Shown here piece by piece: positions 27,360 through 35,825 of a stretch of 39,704 nucleotides of DNA; the stretch's first letter is position 1; each line of letters begins with the position of its first letter. Source of the DNA: a virus (lineage: Duplodnaviria > Caudoviricetes); the IMG/VR virus record IMGVR_UViG_3300043423_000188, positions 1 through 39,704 of that record; one strand, given 5' to 3'. A model generated the notes under the pieces. That model did no database searches and was not told the DNA's origin. It saw only the letters and a program-made list of their open reading frames with translations. A program made the translations under genes and the position numbers.

Positions 27360-28202
27360 ATGAAACTTCACCTAGCTACAAAAAATACACCGTTTGCGCT
27401 TGATGTTGTTCTGACCGGCACGATTCTGAAGTTTCAGATCAGATCAGTTGTGCAGAGAAACTTTGTGGGAAATCCTCAAAAAGAGGATGTCAACGGATGC
27501 AAGTTCTTTGATGAATCGTTGATTACCGAGTGGCGGGGAGATTGGGGCGTTTTTGATGAAGGCGCCTACCAGCGATCTCTAGACTTGGAAACACTCAAAT
27601 CACATGCTGAGTTTGGCGACCATGCTTCGTTCATGTTGTATGCGCCGAAGGGCTGGGCGTCAGAGGGCGCGCGTGAAAGCCTCTTTGATCACACGCCCAA
27701 TCTGTATGTCGCCACTTTGGCGAGCAAGATGGATGCGCAGGCGTATCACGCGACCGTGGTTCAGGCGCATCCCATCGGTCACATCTTGGTGCCATTCAAA
27801 ACATCTGAACTCGCAGATTGGTTGCTTGGTTTCAATGTGTTCGATCCTGTCCTTGTTAAAACACAAGGCGACATCGATGCAGAGCCTTGTGTCACTCTGG
27901 CTCTGGCGCGTATGGAGTCATTGCCTGTGGTTCGATTCATGCCCAGCACTGAATCGTACGACGGACTGATTGTTAGTTTCAGACTTGAAGAGCCTGATGG
28001 CAAGCCAATCATCCATCACGATGCAGACGTCTATTTGGATTCAACCGCTGGGTTCTTACGTGACCGTCGTGTGATGACAGTTGATGGCGCAGGAAGCACT
28101 GTCTTTAAAACAGACGGCTTGAGCTCAGGCACCCAAGTCAAGATCAAAGTCGGCTTCAAGTACTTCAGCGGTACGGATGACTTGGTGGTGAGCGTCCCAT
28201 GA
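27360..28202 (+). CDS. Hypothetical protein with probable C-terminal Ig-like domain
   Basis: GAGGAA RBS; the last ~85 aa are alternating beta-strands (VSFRLEEPDGKPI..DVYL..TVDGAGSTVF..QVKIKVGF). Confidence 0.65.
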   Translation: MKLHLATKNTPFALDVVLTGTILKFQIRSVVQRNFVGNPQKEDVNGCKFFDESLITEWRGDWGVFDEGAYQRSLDLETLKSHAEFGDHASFMLYAPKGWASEGARESLFDHTPNLYVATLASKMDAQAYHATVVQAHPIGHILVPFKTSELADWLLGFNVFDPVLVKTQGDIDAEPCVTLALARMESLPVVRFMPSTESYDGLIVSFRLEEPDGKPIIHHDADVYLDSTAGFLRDRRVMTVDGAGSTVFKTDGLSSGTQVKIKVGFKYFSGTDDLVVSVP

Positions 28203-28810
28203 TCCTTGACCTCTTCCCTCTTAAAACAGGGATCTGGTCACTTGGAATGGATGCGACGTTTGATCAGGATCTCTATGAAGAGCTATTGCAATTGAACGCC
28301 CGCATGCAAACAGGCGATCAGATCTGGGAGCGCAAAGGTCACAACATCTTTGACGGATATTCGCCGCGCTGCCAGACATTGCAGACGGCAGTCCTGTCCA
28401 AAGTGCAGGAGTTGCTTGGCCCAAGCGGACGAGTGGTTCATGTGCAAGGGCGAGAGGTCGTTCGTTCTAGTGGCGTCGAAATCATGCCGCACAACGACGA
28501 AGACGAATGCGATGTGCAGGCCATCTACTTTCCATTCGGCCCCGAGCTTGACTCTGCACTTGAGCTGATGCCGCAGATCAATCAATTTGTTCCCAATGGC
28601 TTTGCCATCTGCAACCCCGCCTGGCGCTCGTCCGGGTTTGCTGGGTTACTCATGCCTTGGGAAGCCCCATCCAAGTTCTGGATCAAACCTCATCGCGATC
28701 TGTTGATAGCGTTTGACGCCAGAGCAATTCATTTTCAGAAACCCTACTTTGGGGAGCAACCGTTTATGAACATTCTTTTCAATATAAAAGTGGAGCGCAT
28801 CCATGGCTGA
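28199..28810 (+). CDS. Putative 2OG-Fe(II) oxygenase / double-stranded beta-helix protein
   Basis: LFP N-terminal motif, H98-x-D100 plus distal H178 facial triad, KP..DLLIAF...H...P.....NILFN pattern. Confidence 0.6.
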   Translation: MILDLFPLKTGIWSLGMDATFDQDLYEELLQLNARMQTGDQIWERKGHNIFDGYSPRCQTLQTAVLSKVQELLGPSGRVVHVQGREVVRSSGVEIMPHNDEDECDVQAIYFPFGPELDSALELMPQINQFVPNGFAICNPAWRSSGFAGLLMPWEAPSKFWIKPHRDLLIAFDARAIHFQKPYFGEQPFMNILFNIKVERIHG

Positions 28811-30152
28811 GTTCCGTATCTATGTGATCAAGCCAGACGGCGCAGAAGACTCGCTGGTCTACAACAACCAGACTTCGAGTCTTGTTTGGAGCAATGGTCA
28901 GTCGGTCGTTCCAGTCAAAGCACGCGCTTGGCGTGATGCGACGGTTGTTGCCAAAGATCAACCCGGTCGCAAGGGCAATGTGCGAGTGCTCAAGATCAGC
29001 CTTGGCCTGCTTTGCAATTACGCCTGCACTTACTGTTCACAACGGTTTGTACCCCATGCCGACCAGACCAATCCAGAAGATGTCGAGACATTTCTTCACT
29101 CTCTGGTCGATGCGCTGATTGAACCTCCAGAGCGTATTGAGTTCTGGGGCGGTGAGCCGCTGGTTTACTGGAAGACCTTGAAGCCACTGGCTGAGCGGTT
29201 GAAGGCGTTGTACCCCAAGGCTCAGTTCAGCATGATTACCAATGGCAGTCTGCTAGATGCGGACAAGAACGCATGGATTGACCGTTTTGGATTCTCCGTA
29301 GGGTTGTCGCACGATGGTCCTGGTTATCACGCACGTGGTGCTGATCCCTTGGATGACCCACAAAAACGAGCTGCCATTTTTGATCTGTACGCACGCTTGA
29401 AGCCTGAGGGTCGAATCAGCATCAACGTCATGATTCACTCAAGCAATCCAAGTCGCGCTCATGTGCAGGCATGGCTGCGCGAACGCTTTGGTGATGACGT
29501 CGTCATTGGTGAGGGTGCATTCATTGACCCTTACGACGAGGGTGGATTGGCTTCCACGTTTCAGACTTCAGACGAGCGCGTCACTTTCAGTGCCTATGCG
29601 TTCAAGGAGTTGCGTGCAGGTGAAGCTACCAGTTTTGATATCGGTCGCAAGAAGATCATGGACTTTGTGGAGTCTGTGGCACAAGGTCGCCCTGCCAGTG
29701 CGTTGGGCCAAAAGTGCGGCATGGACCGTACCGACAACCTCGCTGTTGATCTGAACGGCAATGTGTTGACTTGCCAGAACGTGAGTGCAGCCGCTGTCGC
29801 TCCAAACGGCGAGTCACACACGATTGGACACATCTCTCAGCTTCAAGCAGTCAAGATGCGCAGCGCCACGCATTGGAGCAAGCGAGATGGTTGTTCAAAC
29901 TGTCCTGTGCTTCAGTTGTGCAAAGGCTCATGCATGTTCTTGGACGGCCCCTTGTGGACGGCAGGGTGCGATGCCTCCTATGCCGACAACGTGCCGTTCT
30001 TAGCCGCTGGCATTGAGTTCCTCACTGGCTGTTTTCCGTTCTACATCGAGGGCGATTTCCCACAGGAGCGGCGAGATATCTTTGGATTAGCCAGTGAGCA
30101 CTCCGAAGCGAAAGAGCGTCGTGTCATCCCCATCAAGGTAGAGCATGCCTGA
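28803..30152 (+). CDS. Radical SAM enzyme with C-terminal SPASM domain (peptide/protein maturase type)
   Basis: C71xxxC75xxC78 (CNYACTYC), FWGGEP, ITNG, LSHDG; SPASM pattern Cx13Gx4C...Cx2Cx5Cx3Cx11C. Confidence 0.92.
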   Translation: MAEFRIYVIKPDGAEDSLVYNNQTSSLVWSNGQSVVPVKARAWRDATVVAKDQPGRKGNVRVLKISLGLLCNYACTYCSQRFVPHADQTNPEDVETFLHSLVDALIEPPERIEFWGGEPLVYWKTLKPLAERLKALYPKAQFSMITNGSLLDADKNAWIDRFGFSVGLSHDGPGYHARGADPLDDPQKRAAIFDLYARLKPEGRISINVMIHSSNPSRAHVQAWLRERFGDDVVIGEGAFIDPYDEGGLASTFQTSDERVTFSAYAFKELRAGEATSFDIGRKKIMDFVESVAQGRPASALGQKCGMDRTDNLAVDLNGNVLTCQNVSAAAVAPNGESHTIGHISQLQAVKMRSATHWSKRDGCSNCPVLQLCKGSCMFLDGPLWTAGCDASYADNVPFLAAGIEFLTGCFPFYIEGDFPQERRDIFGLASEHSEAKERRVIPIKVEHA

Positions 30153-30687
30153 TGTGACATTGAGTGATGCGTTGAAAGAGGCGTACGCGAGTGCGCCTTC
30201 AGATGTGGTGATCCTGCATACCTTGGAGCTGCGTCACCCTGACTTTAAAAGCGATTCGGGTGTGACAACAGCAATCCGTGTGGTGCGAGATCAACAAGAC
30301 CTCTTTGCGCGCCTCGAAGCTTCGGCACCGTTGAACTCAAGTGAAACGGTGAGGTTCGTGGCCATGGGATTCGATTTGGATTTGCCACCTGTGGATATTG
30401 CTCCCGTTCCTGAGGTCGTGCTGACCTTGGACAACGTTTCACGCGAAATCGTCAAACACCTTGATGCTGCGTCGGAGTCAGAAGCTTCCATCGAAGTGAC
30501 CTATCGCCCGTACTTGTCAAACGATGTAGAGGGGCCGCAGATGGACCCTCCCATCACGCTGGTACTGACCGAGGTGGAGGCGGATGTGATGCGTGTGACC
30601 GCAAGAGCGCGAATGGTGGATATTGGGAACAAAGCGTTTCCGGGGCGGCTGTACACCTCGACAGAGTTTCCGGGACTTGCCCGGTGA
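30145..30687 (+). CDS. DUF1833 family minor tail protein (gpL-like)
   Basis: ALKEAYASAP..VILHTLELRHP...LTLDNVSREI..VTYRPYLS; precedes the NlpC and J genes. Confidence 0.8.
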   Translation: MPDVTLSDALKEAYASAPSDVVILHTLELRHPDFKSDSGVTTAIRVVRDQQDLFARLEASAPLNSSETVRFVAMGFDLDLPPVDIAPVPEVVLTLDNVSREIVKHLDAASESEASIEVTYRPYLSNDVEGPQMDPPITLVLTEVEADVMRVTARARMVDIGNKAFPGRLYTSTEFPGLAR

Positions 30688-30697
30688 TGGGTAAGTC

Positions 30698-31141
30698 ATG
30701 AAACCAACAGACGGTTACTGGGCGCATCGATACATCGGTCGCCCATGGATAGCAGGCGCACGAGGCCCCAAGTCATTTGACTGCTGGGGCCTTTTTTTAT
30801 GGGTGCAGAGAAATCACTTCGGACGGGTGCTTCCGCTCATCCCTGTGGATGCACTGGATCTACGTGTGGTGCTCAAGACATTCAACGAACACCCCGAGCG
30901 AAAACGCTGGCAACATGTTCCGAATCCAAAGCATGGGGATGCCGTGCTGATGCGTCAGTCCAGATATCCGGTGCATGTCGGTGTTTGGCTAGACATCGAT
31001 GGTGGTGGCGTGCTGCATTGCGCGCAAGGTGTGGGTGTGGTGTTTCAGGACTTGTGGGCGCTTGACCGTCATGGTTGGCGTGTCGAGGGGTTTTATGCAT
31101 TTCGAGGTGAGCCATGCCAATCAACAATGACGGCGTCGTAG
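30698..31141 (+). CDS. NlpC/P60 tail-associated peptidase (gpK-like)
   Basis: YIGRPW..GARGPKSFDCWGL catalytic Cys; HVGVW...VLHC. Confidence 0.88.
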   Translation: MKPTDGYWAHRYIGRPWIAGARGPKSFDCWGLFLWVQRNHFGRVLPLIPVDALDLRVVLKTFNEHPERKRWQHVPNPKHGDAVLMRQSRYPVHVGVWLDIDGGGVLHCAQGVGVVFQDLWALDRHGWRVEGFYAFRGEPCQSTMTAS

Positions 31142-33393
31142 TTTGGCTGCGAAACCCGTTCGATCAACATGAGCGTGATATCCATCACGTTCAAGGCAAT
31201 CCAACGATTAGCCACTGGATGAACCAAGAGCAGATCGTTTTTGAGCAACCAATGCTGGTGCTCAAGAACGGTAAGCCTGTGCTGATGGCTGAACGCTGCG
31301 TGACTATCATTGAGGCTGGAGATGTCATCGCACTGGTGTCACTGCCGCAAGGCGGTGGAGGCGGGGGCAAGAACCCACTGCAGACGGTTTTGATGATTGC
31401 CGTGTTGGTTGTGGCCAATGCCTATGGCGCGGAGTTGGCTGCATCGTTTGGGTATTCAGGGGCCGTGGCAACTTCGGTGGCATCGACCGCGATTGCTGTG
31501 ACGGGTTCCATCATTGTTAGCGCGTTGGTGCCGCTACCCAATCAGAGCCTGCCCAATGCGACTGCGAGTTCCTCCTCCCCAAGTCCTACCTATTCGTTAC
31601 AGGCCCGAGGTAACTACGGACGGCTGTCGCAGCCAATTCCTGTTGTGTACGGTCAGCATCTGATTTATCCAGATTTGGCAGCAATCCCCTATACGGAATA
31701 CGTCAACAACGAGGAGTATCTGCATCAGCTCCATGTGATTGGTATTGGGCACTTTCAGTTTGAAGAGCTGTCGATTGATGACAGTCCGATTGCATCGTTT
31801 GAAGAAGTACAGGCGCAAGTCATTGAGCCAGGCGGTCAAAACACACTGTTCAACAACGATGTGGTGACGGCTGCTGAAGTGACAGGGCAGGAGTTGATTG
31901 CCGTCGCTGATACGGGTGGCAGCATCATTGGCCCGTTCGCACTTAATCCTGCAGGAACTCAGGTCAATCAGATTGGCATCGATGTTGTGATGATGCGTGG
32001 GTTGTATTACGCGACTGATGCCGGGACGCTGGATAGCCGAACCGTTCAATGGCGTGTTGAGTTAAGAAGCATCAACGACGATGGTGATGCCATCTCGGGA
32101 TGGATTCATCTTGCGGATGAGTCCTACTCTGCTGCGACCAACACGGCGCAGCGCAGAACCTACAAATATGGGGTGGGTGCAGGGCGCTACGAAGTACGCG
32201 TTCAAAGGCTGGACACAAAAGACACCAGCACCCGAGCTGGGCATGAGCTTCGGTGGGGGCAGGCCAAGGGCTATCTGATCAATCCAACATTGCCCTCAGA
32301 TTTGACCTTGCTGGCATTGCGCATGCGCGCAACGGACAACTTGTCGCAACGGTCATCCCGCTTAGTGAACTGCTTGGTAACGCGCAAGTTGCCAGTTTGG
32401 TCAAAGTCCACCGGTTGGAGTGCACCGCAAGTCACACGCTCGATTGCCTGGGCATTTGCAGATGCAGCACGCGCGAGTTATGGCGCAGGCTTACCGGATG
32501 CAAAGATTGATCTCAATGCATTGGCACGGCTCGATGGCGTCTGGTCTGCGCGTGGTGATACGTTCAATGGTGTGTTTGACCAGAACCTAACCGTTTGGGA
32601 TGCCATGGGGCAGATTGCGAGAGCGGGTCGCTCGGTGCCATTCCTGCAAGGCGGGATCGTGCGCATTGTTCGAGATGAGCCCAAGACCATTCCTGTGGCT
32701 TTGTTCTCCACCCGAAACATCGTTCGCAGTAGCTTGAAGATTCAGTATGTGATGCCCGGCGATGCTACTGCTGATGCGGTCACAGTTGAATACTTCAATC
32801 CCAAGAGCTGGAAACCGGACGAGATCACAGTCGCTCTTGCTGGTTCCACTCTGTCCAAGCCTGCGCGCTTGAAGCTCTTTGGTTGTACCGACAGATCGCA
32901 AGCCGCACGTGAGGGAAAGTACATCGCCGCAGCCAATCGGTACCGCAGACGAATCATCACTTTTAGGACGGAGCTCGAAGGGTTGATTCCAACCTACGGC
33001 GACTTGGTGGCCATCAGTCATGACATGCCCAGCTGGGGTGTAAGTGGCGAGGCACTGTCTTGGAATGGTGCATCAAGGGTGTTGTTTTGTTCTGAGCGTT
33101 TGCTATGGCAGGTGGGAGCAAATCACTACATCGCGCTCAGGCGCTTGGATGGCTCAGTCACTGATCCGATTGGTGTGACGCGCGGTGCGACTGACAGGCA
33201 TGCCGTCTTGCAGCAAGCGCCGAGCGTTGATATCCAAACCGGTGGAGGTGAGGAGCGAACGCACTTTGCTTTTGGGGTGGGGCAGACTTGGGCCCAGATG
33301 GCACGCGTGATGAGCGTCAAGCCTCGAGCTGATTTGGTGGAGGTGACCTGCGTGGCAGAAAGCACTGCAGTTCACACCGCCGATCAACCATAA
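31114..33393 (+). CDS. Tail tip / host-specificity protein (gpI-gpJ-like fusion)
   Basis: N-terminal ubiquitin-like gpI segment ending PQGGGGG, PIPVVYG, GRYEVRVQR, RSIAWAFAD, YGDLVAISHD. Confidence 0.88.
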   Translation: MPINNDGVVVWLRNPFDQHERDIHHVQGNPTISHWMNQEQIVFEQPMLVLKNGKPVLMAERCVTIIEAGDVIALVSLPQGGGGGGKNPLQTVLMIAVLVVANAYGAELAASFGYSGAVATSVASTAIAVTGSIIVSALVPLPNQSLPNATASSSSPSPTYSLQARGNYGRLSQPIPVVYGQHLIYPDLAAIPYTEYVNNEEYLHQLHVIGIGHFQFEELSIDDSPIASFEEVQAQVIEPGGQNTLFNNDVVTAAEVTGQELIAVADTGGSIIGPFALNPAGTQVNQIGIDVVMMRGLYYATDAGTLDSRTVQWRVELRSINDDGDAISGWIHLADESYSAATNTAQRRTYKYGVGAGRYEVRVQRLDTKDTSTRAGHELRWGQAKGYLINPTLPSDLTLLALRMRATDNLSQRSSRLVNCLVTRKLPVWSKSTGWSAPQVTRSIAWAFADAARASYGAGLPDAKIDLNALARLDGVWSARGDTFNGVFDQNLTVWDAMGQIARAGRSVPFLQGGIVRIVRDEPKTIPVALFSTRNIVRSSLKIQYVMPGDATADAVTVEYFNPKSWKPDEITVALAGSTLSKPARLKLFGCTDRSQAAREGKYIAAANRYRRRIITFRTELEGLIPTYGDLVAISHDMPSWGVSGEALSWNGASRVLFCSERLLWQVGANHYIALRRLDGSVTDPIGVTRGATDRHAVLQQAPSVDIQTGGGEERTHFAFGVGQTWAQMARVMSVKPRADLVEVTCVAESTAVHTADQP

Positions 33394-33411
33394 ACCAACG
33401 AGTTGTTCACA

Positions 33412-33446
33412 ACCCGCTTTGAAGCGATTCAGGTGGGTATTTTTTT
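33412..33446 (+). terminator. Intrinsic terminator-like hairpin between tail and lysis genes
   Basis: ACCCGC..TGAA-GCGA-TTCAGGTGGGT stem with GNRA loop followed by T7. Confidence 0.55.
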
Positions 33447-33458
33447 GGGAGTTAAGAA

Positions 33459-33842
33459 ATGCCAGAACCAACAAGTAGCGGAGTGGCTGGAGCTGCCGCT
33501 GCATACAAAGCCTTTGGTGGAACGGCTGCCGCCGCCGCCAGTGGTGCAACGCTTGCCGCAGTCGTAGTCATGCTCATGACGCCACCACGCGATAAGCGCG
33601 AGTGGACAGTGGGGCTGATCAGTACTGTTGTTTCAAGCATAGGTGGTGGTGCAACCACGATCGAGTATTTCCAGCTTCATCACTGGGCGTTCTCAACGGT
33701 GGGGCTGTGTGCCATGGGCGGTTTGATCTTTGCCTGCGGCTTGCCCGGATGGGCATTGGTTCGGTGGATTTTTAACTTCATCGATGAGCGGCGCGACGCC
33801 TCAATTGACGAGGTGGCCAAAGATGTGAAGGAGATGCTGTGA
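33459..33842 (+). CDS. Putative holin
   Basis: Three hydrophobic segments, charged C-terminus, GTGA overlap with the endolysin start. Confidence 0.7.
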   Translation: MPEPTSSGVAGAAAAYKAFGGTAAAAASGATLAAVVVMLMTPPRDKREWTVGLISTVVSSIGGGATTIEYFQLHHWAFSTVGLCAMGGLIFACGLPGWALVRWIFNFIDERRDASIDEVAKDVKEML

Positions 33843-34303
33843 AACCACAAGACTTCATCGCCCTTGTCGGGCCAGCTGCACAGGCTTGTCACAAGGTTGC
33901 GGGTGTTCCAGCCAGTATCACAGTGAGCCAAGCGGCACTCGAGTCTGGCTGGGGAGAGTCAGGGCTCACGAAGATGGCCAATAACTTGTTCGGGATTAAG
34001 GCAGACAGTTTGTGGCGCGGTGAAACCGTGACGCTAGACACCAAGGAGTTCATCCGAGGGCAGTGGGTCGTTGTGCCCGCTAAATGGCGTAAGTACCCGA
34101 CATGGCAGGCCAGTGTGGACGACCATGCCGCATTCTTAAAACGCAACCCTCGCTACAAAGACTGCTTCTTGTGTGTCTCGGCGCAGACTTTTTCGCGAGC
34201 TCTTCTAAAAGCAGGCTACGCCACGGACCCTGACTATGCCGACAAGCTCATCCGTTTGATTGGCTCCTACAACTTGGCCTCGCTGGATGGGGAGGGAGTA
34301 TGA
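33839..34303 (+). CDS. Endolysin, GH73 glucosaminidase/muramidase (FlgJ-like)
   Basis: QAALESGWG, NNLFGIKA, AGYATDPDYADKL. Confidence 0.93.
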   Translation: MKPQDFIALVGPAAQACHKVAGVPASITVSQAALESGWGESGLTKMANNLFGIKADSLWRGETVTLDTKEFIRGQWVVVPAKWRKYPTWQASVDDHAAFLKRNPRYKDCFLCVSAQTFSRALLKAGYATDPDYADKLIRLIGSYNLASLDGEGV

Positions 34304-34791
34304 GCTGGATTCGTGCATTTCTCGAATTGAATAAATCCTTGTTTCTCAAGGGATTGTTGCTTCTCATGGCGTTTTTACTAGGCCTGCAGATGGGGCAATC
34401 CCGTCTGCAGCGCCAGTGGGATGCTGAAAAACAAACCGTACAAATCGCACAAGCAAAGCAAGAACAACACGTGGCCGATGTGGCTCGAGTTCAAAACCAA
34501 ATATCTAAGGAGATTTCAGATGACTATCGTAAGAAGTCTAGTTTTCTGGCTAGCCGTTCCGTTCCTATCCGGATGCTCGACAACTCCGCAGCTAACTCAA
34601 AAAGTTTGCTTTTCGTTCCCTCAGGTTCCACAAGAGTTGATGGTGACTCCTCCAACGATATACCTTCTGCCTCTGGAAGTGAGCGAGAAACCGTAGGATG
34701 CACAAAAATTGTGGAAGATGCTGAGAAAACAACTCTTATGTTGATTGAATTTCAGAGGTGGTACAACAAACAGCACCTCCTGATGCATTGA
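34300..34791 (+). CDS. Rz-like inner-membrane spanin
   Basis: N-terminal TM (LFLKGLLLLMAFLLGL), coiled-coil periplasmic region, follows the endolysin with ATGA overlap. Confidence 0.75.
   Translation: MSWIRAFLELNKSLFLKGLLLLMAFLLGLQMGQSRLQRQWDAEKQTVQIAQAKQEQHVADVARVQNQISKEISDDYRKKSSFLASRSVPIRMLDNSAANSKSLLFVPSGSTRVDGDSSNDIPSASGSERETVGCTKIVEDAEKTTLMLIEFQRWYNKQHLLMH
34520..34696 (+). CDS. Rz1-like outer-membrane lipoprotein spanin embedded in Rz (+1 frame)
   Basis: AAGGAG RBS at 34507-34512, MTIVRSLVFWLAVPFLSG-C lipobox, Pro-rich mature part. Confidence 0.8.
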   Translation: MTIVRSLVFWLAVPFLSGCSTTPQLTQKVCFSFPQVPQELMVTPPTIYLLPLEVSEKP

Positions 34792-34806
34792 AATAATTCT
34801 GCTAAA

Positions 34807-35709
34807 TCACTTGGCCCAGCCGATGTCCCGCAAGATTAAACCTAAAGCCTCAATGGCAAGCTGGGCGTCTTCCTCGATAGGGGGGCGGGCTTCCTTAGCG
34901 TGTTGCTCATTACCTTTTCCTCGGGCGTGAAGTCGAGCAGCGACCTGTGCGAGATTACCTATTACGAACATCTGATAGGGTGGGGCAAGGACAACTTTTG
35001 CGACTTCGCCGATGTCTTTATCCAGAATAGATTTCGGATGTCCTTGTTGAACGAGCCATCGACCAAGAATAACTGTCATTGCATTTTTGCAGTGATCAAC
35101 TACGGAGATAGCAGTTTCCCGGAAGGCTGAGTCCAAAGCTCGGTTGAATGCTTGGGTGACAGGCTGTTGGTGCTCCATCGAAACCTTGTTCATGTCGATT
35201 GCAGGCAAAATTCCAAATGCGCTAAGTGCTTTAAGTGTCACCATTACGCAGCCGCTAATCAAAAGTTCGGTTTGGACGACTCGCCATGAGGATGCGGCCT
35301 GAGTAGTTCCCAATGCTAAGGTTGAGCCCTGTCCTTGATTAGGTTCCTGGAGTAAAGGCGTGCAAGCCATGTATGTATAAAGTGTTTTTCGCGTTAGACC
35401 TCCCTGGCCCGCAGATTTTCCGAAAGGGTCCTCATATGGATGTGGTGTCACGGAAGTTGTTGTCGGTTGAATTCCTCCTGGTTGGAAGTAAAGGCGACCT
35501 CGTCGAGTGCGAGTCACTGCATCAAAAGTGTCTTCCCGGAAGATCCAGCTCAAAGACGATTGGCTGAAGTTAAGGGGCAGAGCGAGCCAGTCCTCTGGGC
35601 TTCTGATTAATGTGGCTAAGGCAATATGAGGCGTAGGAATAGTCGGGGAGCTAGGGTGCCCCCAACCCTCATAGACCAAACCTGAGTTGTTATCGATTCC
35701 AAGATACAT
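34807..35709 (-). CDS. Hypothetical moron protein, possibly anti-phage (helical HEPN/Abi_C-like C-terminus)
   Basis: 300-aa ORF with AGGAG RBS, convergent with the lysis genes, lower GC; FREDTFDAVTRTRRGRLY motif. Confidence 0.6.
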   Translation of the reverse strand: MYLGIDNNSGLVYEGWGHPSSPTIPTPHIALATLIRSPEDWLALPLNFSQSSLSWIFREDTFDAVTRTRRGRLYFQPGGIQPTTTSVTPHPYEDPFGKSAGQGGLTRKTLYTYMACTPLLQEPNQGQGSTLALGTTQAASSWRVVQTELLISGCVMVTLKALSAFGILPAIDMNKVSMEHQQPVTQAFNRALDSAFRETAISVVDHCKNAMTVILGRWLVQQGHPKSILDKDIGEVAKVVLAPPYQMFVIGNLAQVAARLHARGKGNEQHAKEARPPIEEDAQLAIEALGLILRDIGWAK

Positions 35710-35825
35710 GACATCTCCTAATTTCTTACTCGTGATTCCATGCAGAAGGTATGTTCTCTAGCTGATGCCCATGTTGAACGAACAGTAGGTTGACGAAGGA
35801 AGGTAGAGCGAGCTGTATGTTTTCC

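Noticed and set aside
28803-30152. Radical SAM as a DNA-modification (QueE/7-deazaguanine) or anaerobic sulfatase-maturation enzyme
   Set aside because: It has the standard CxxxCxxC plus SPASM layout, no que/folE/dpdA or sulfatase genes are nearby, and it is embedded among tail genes
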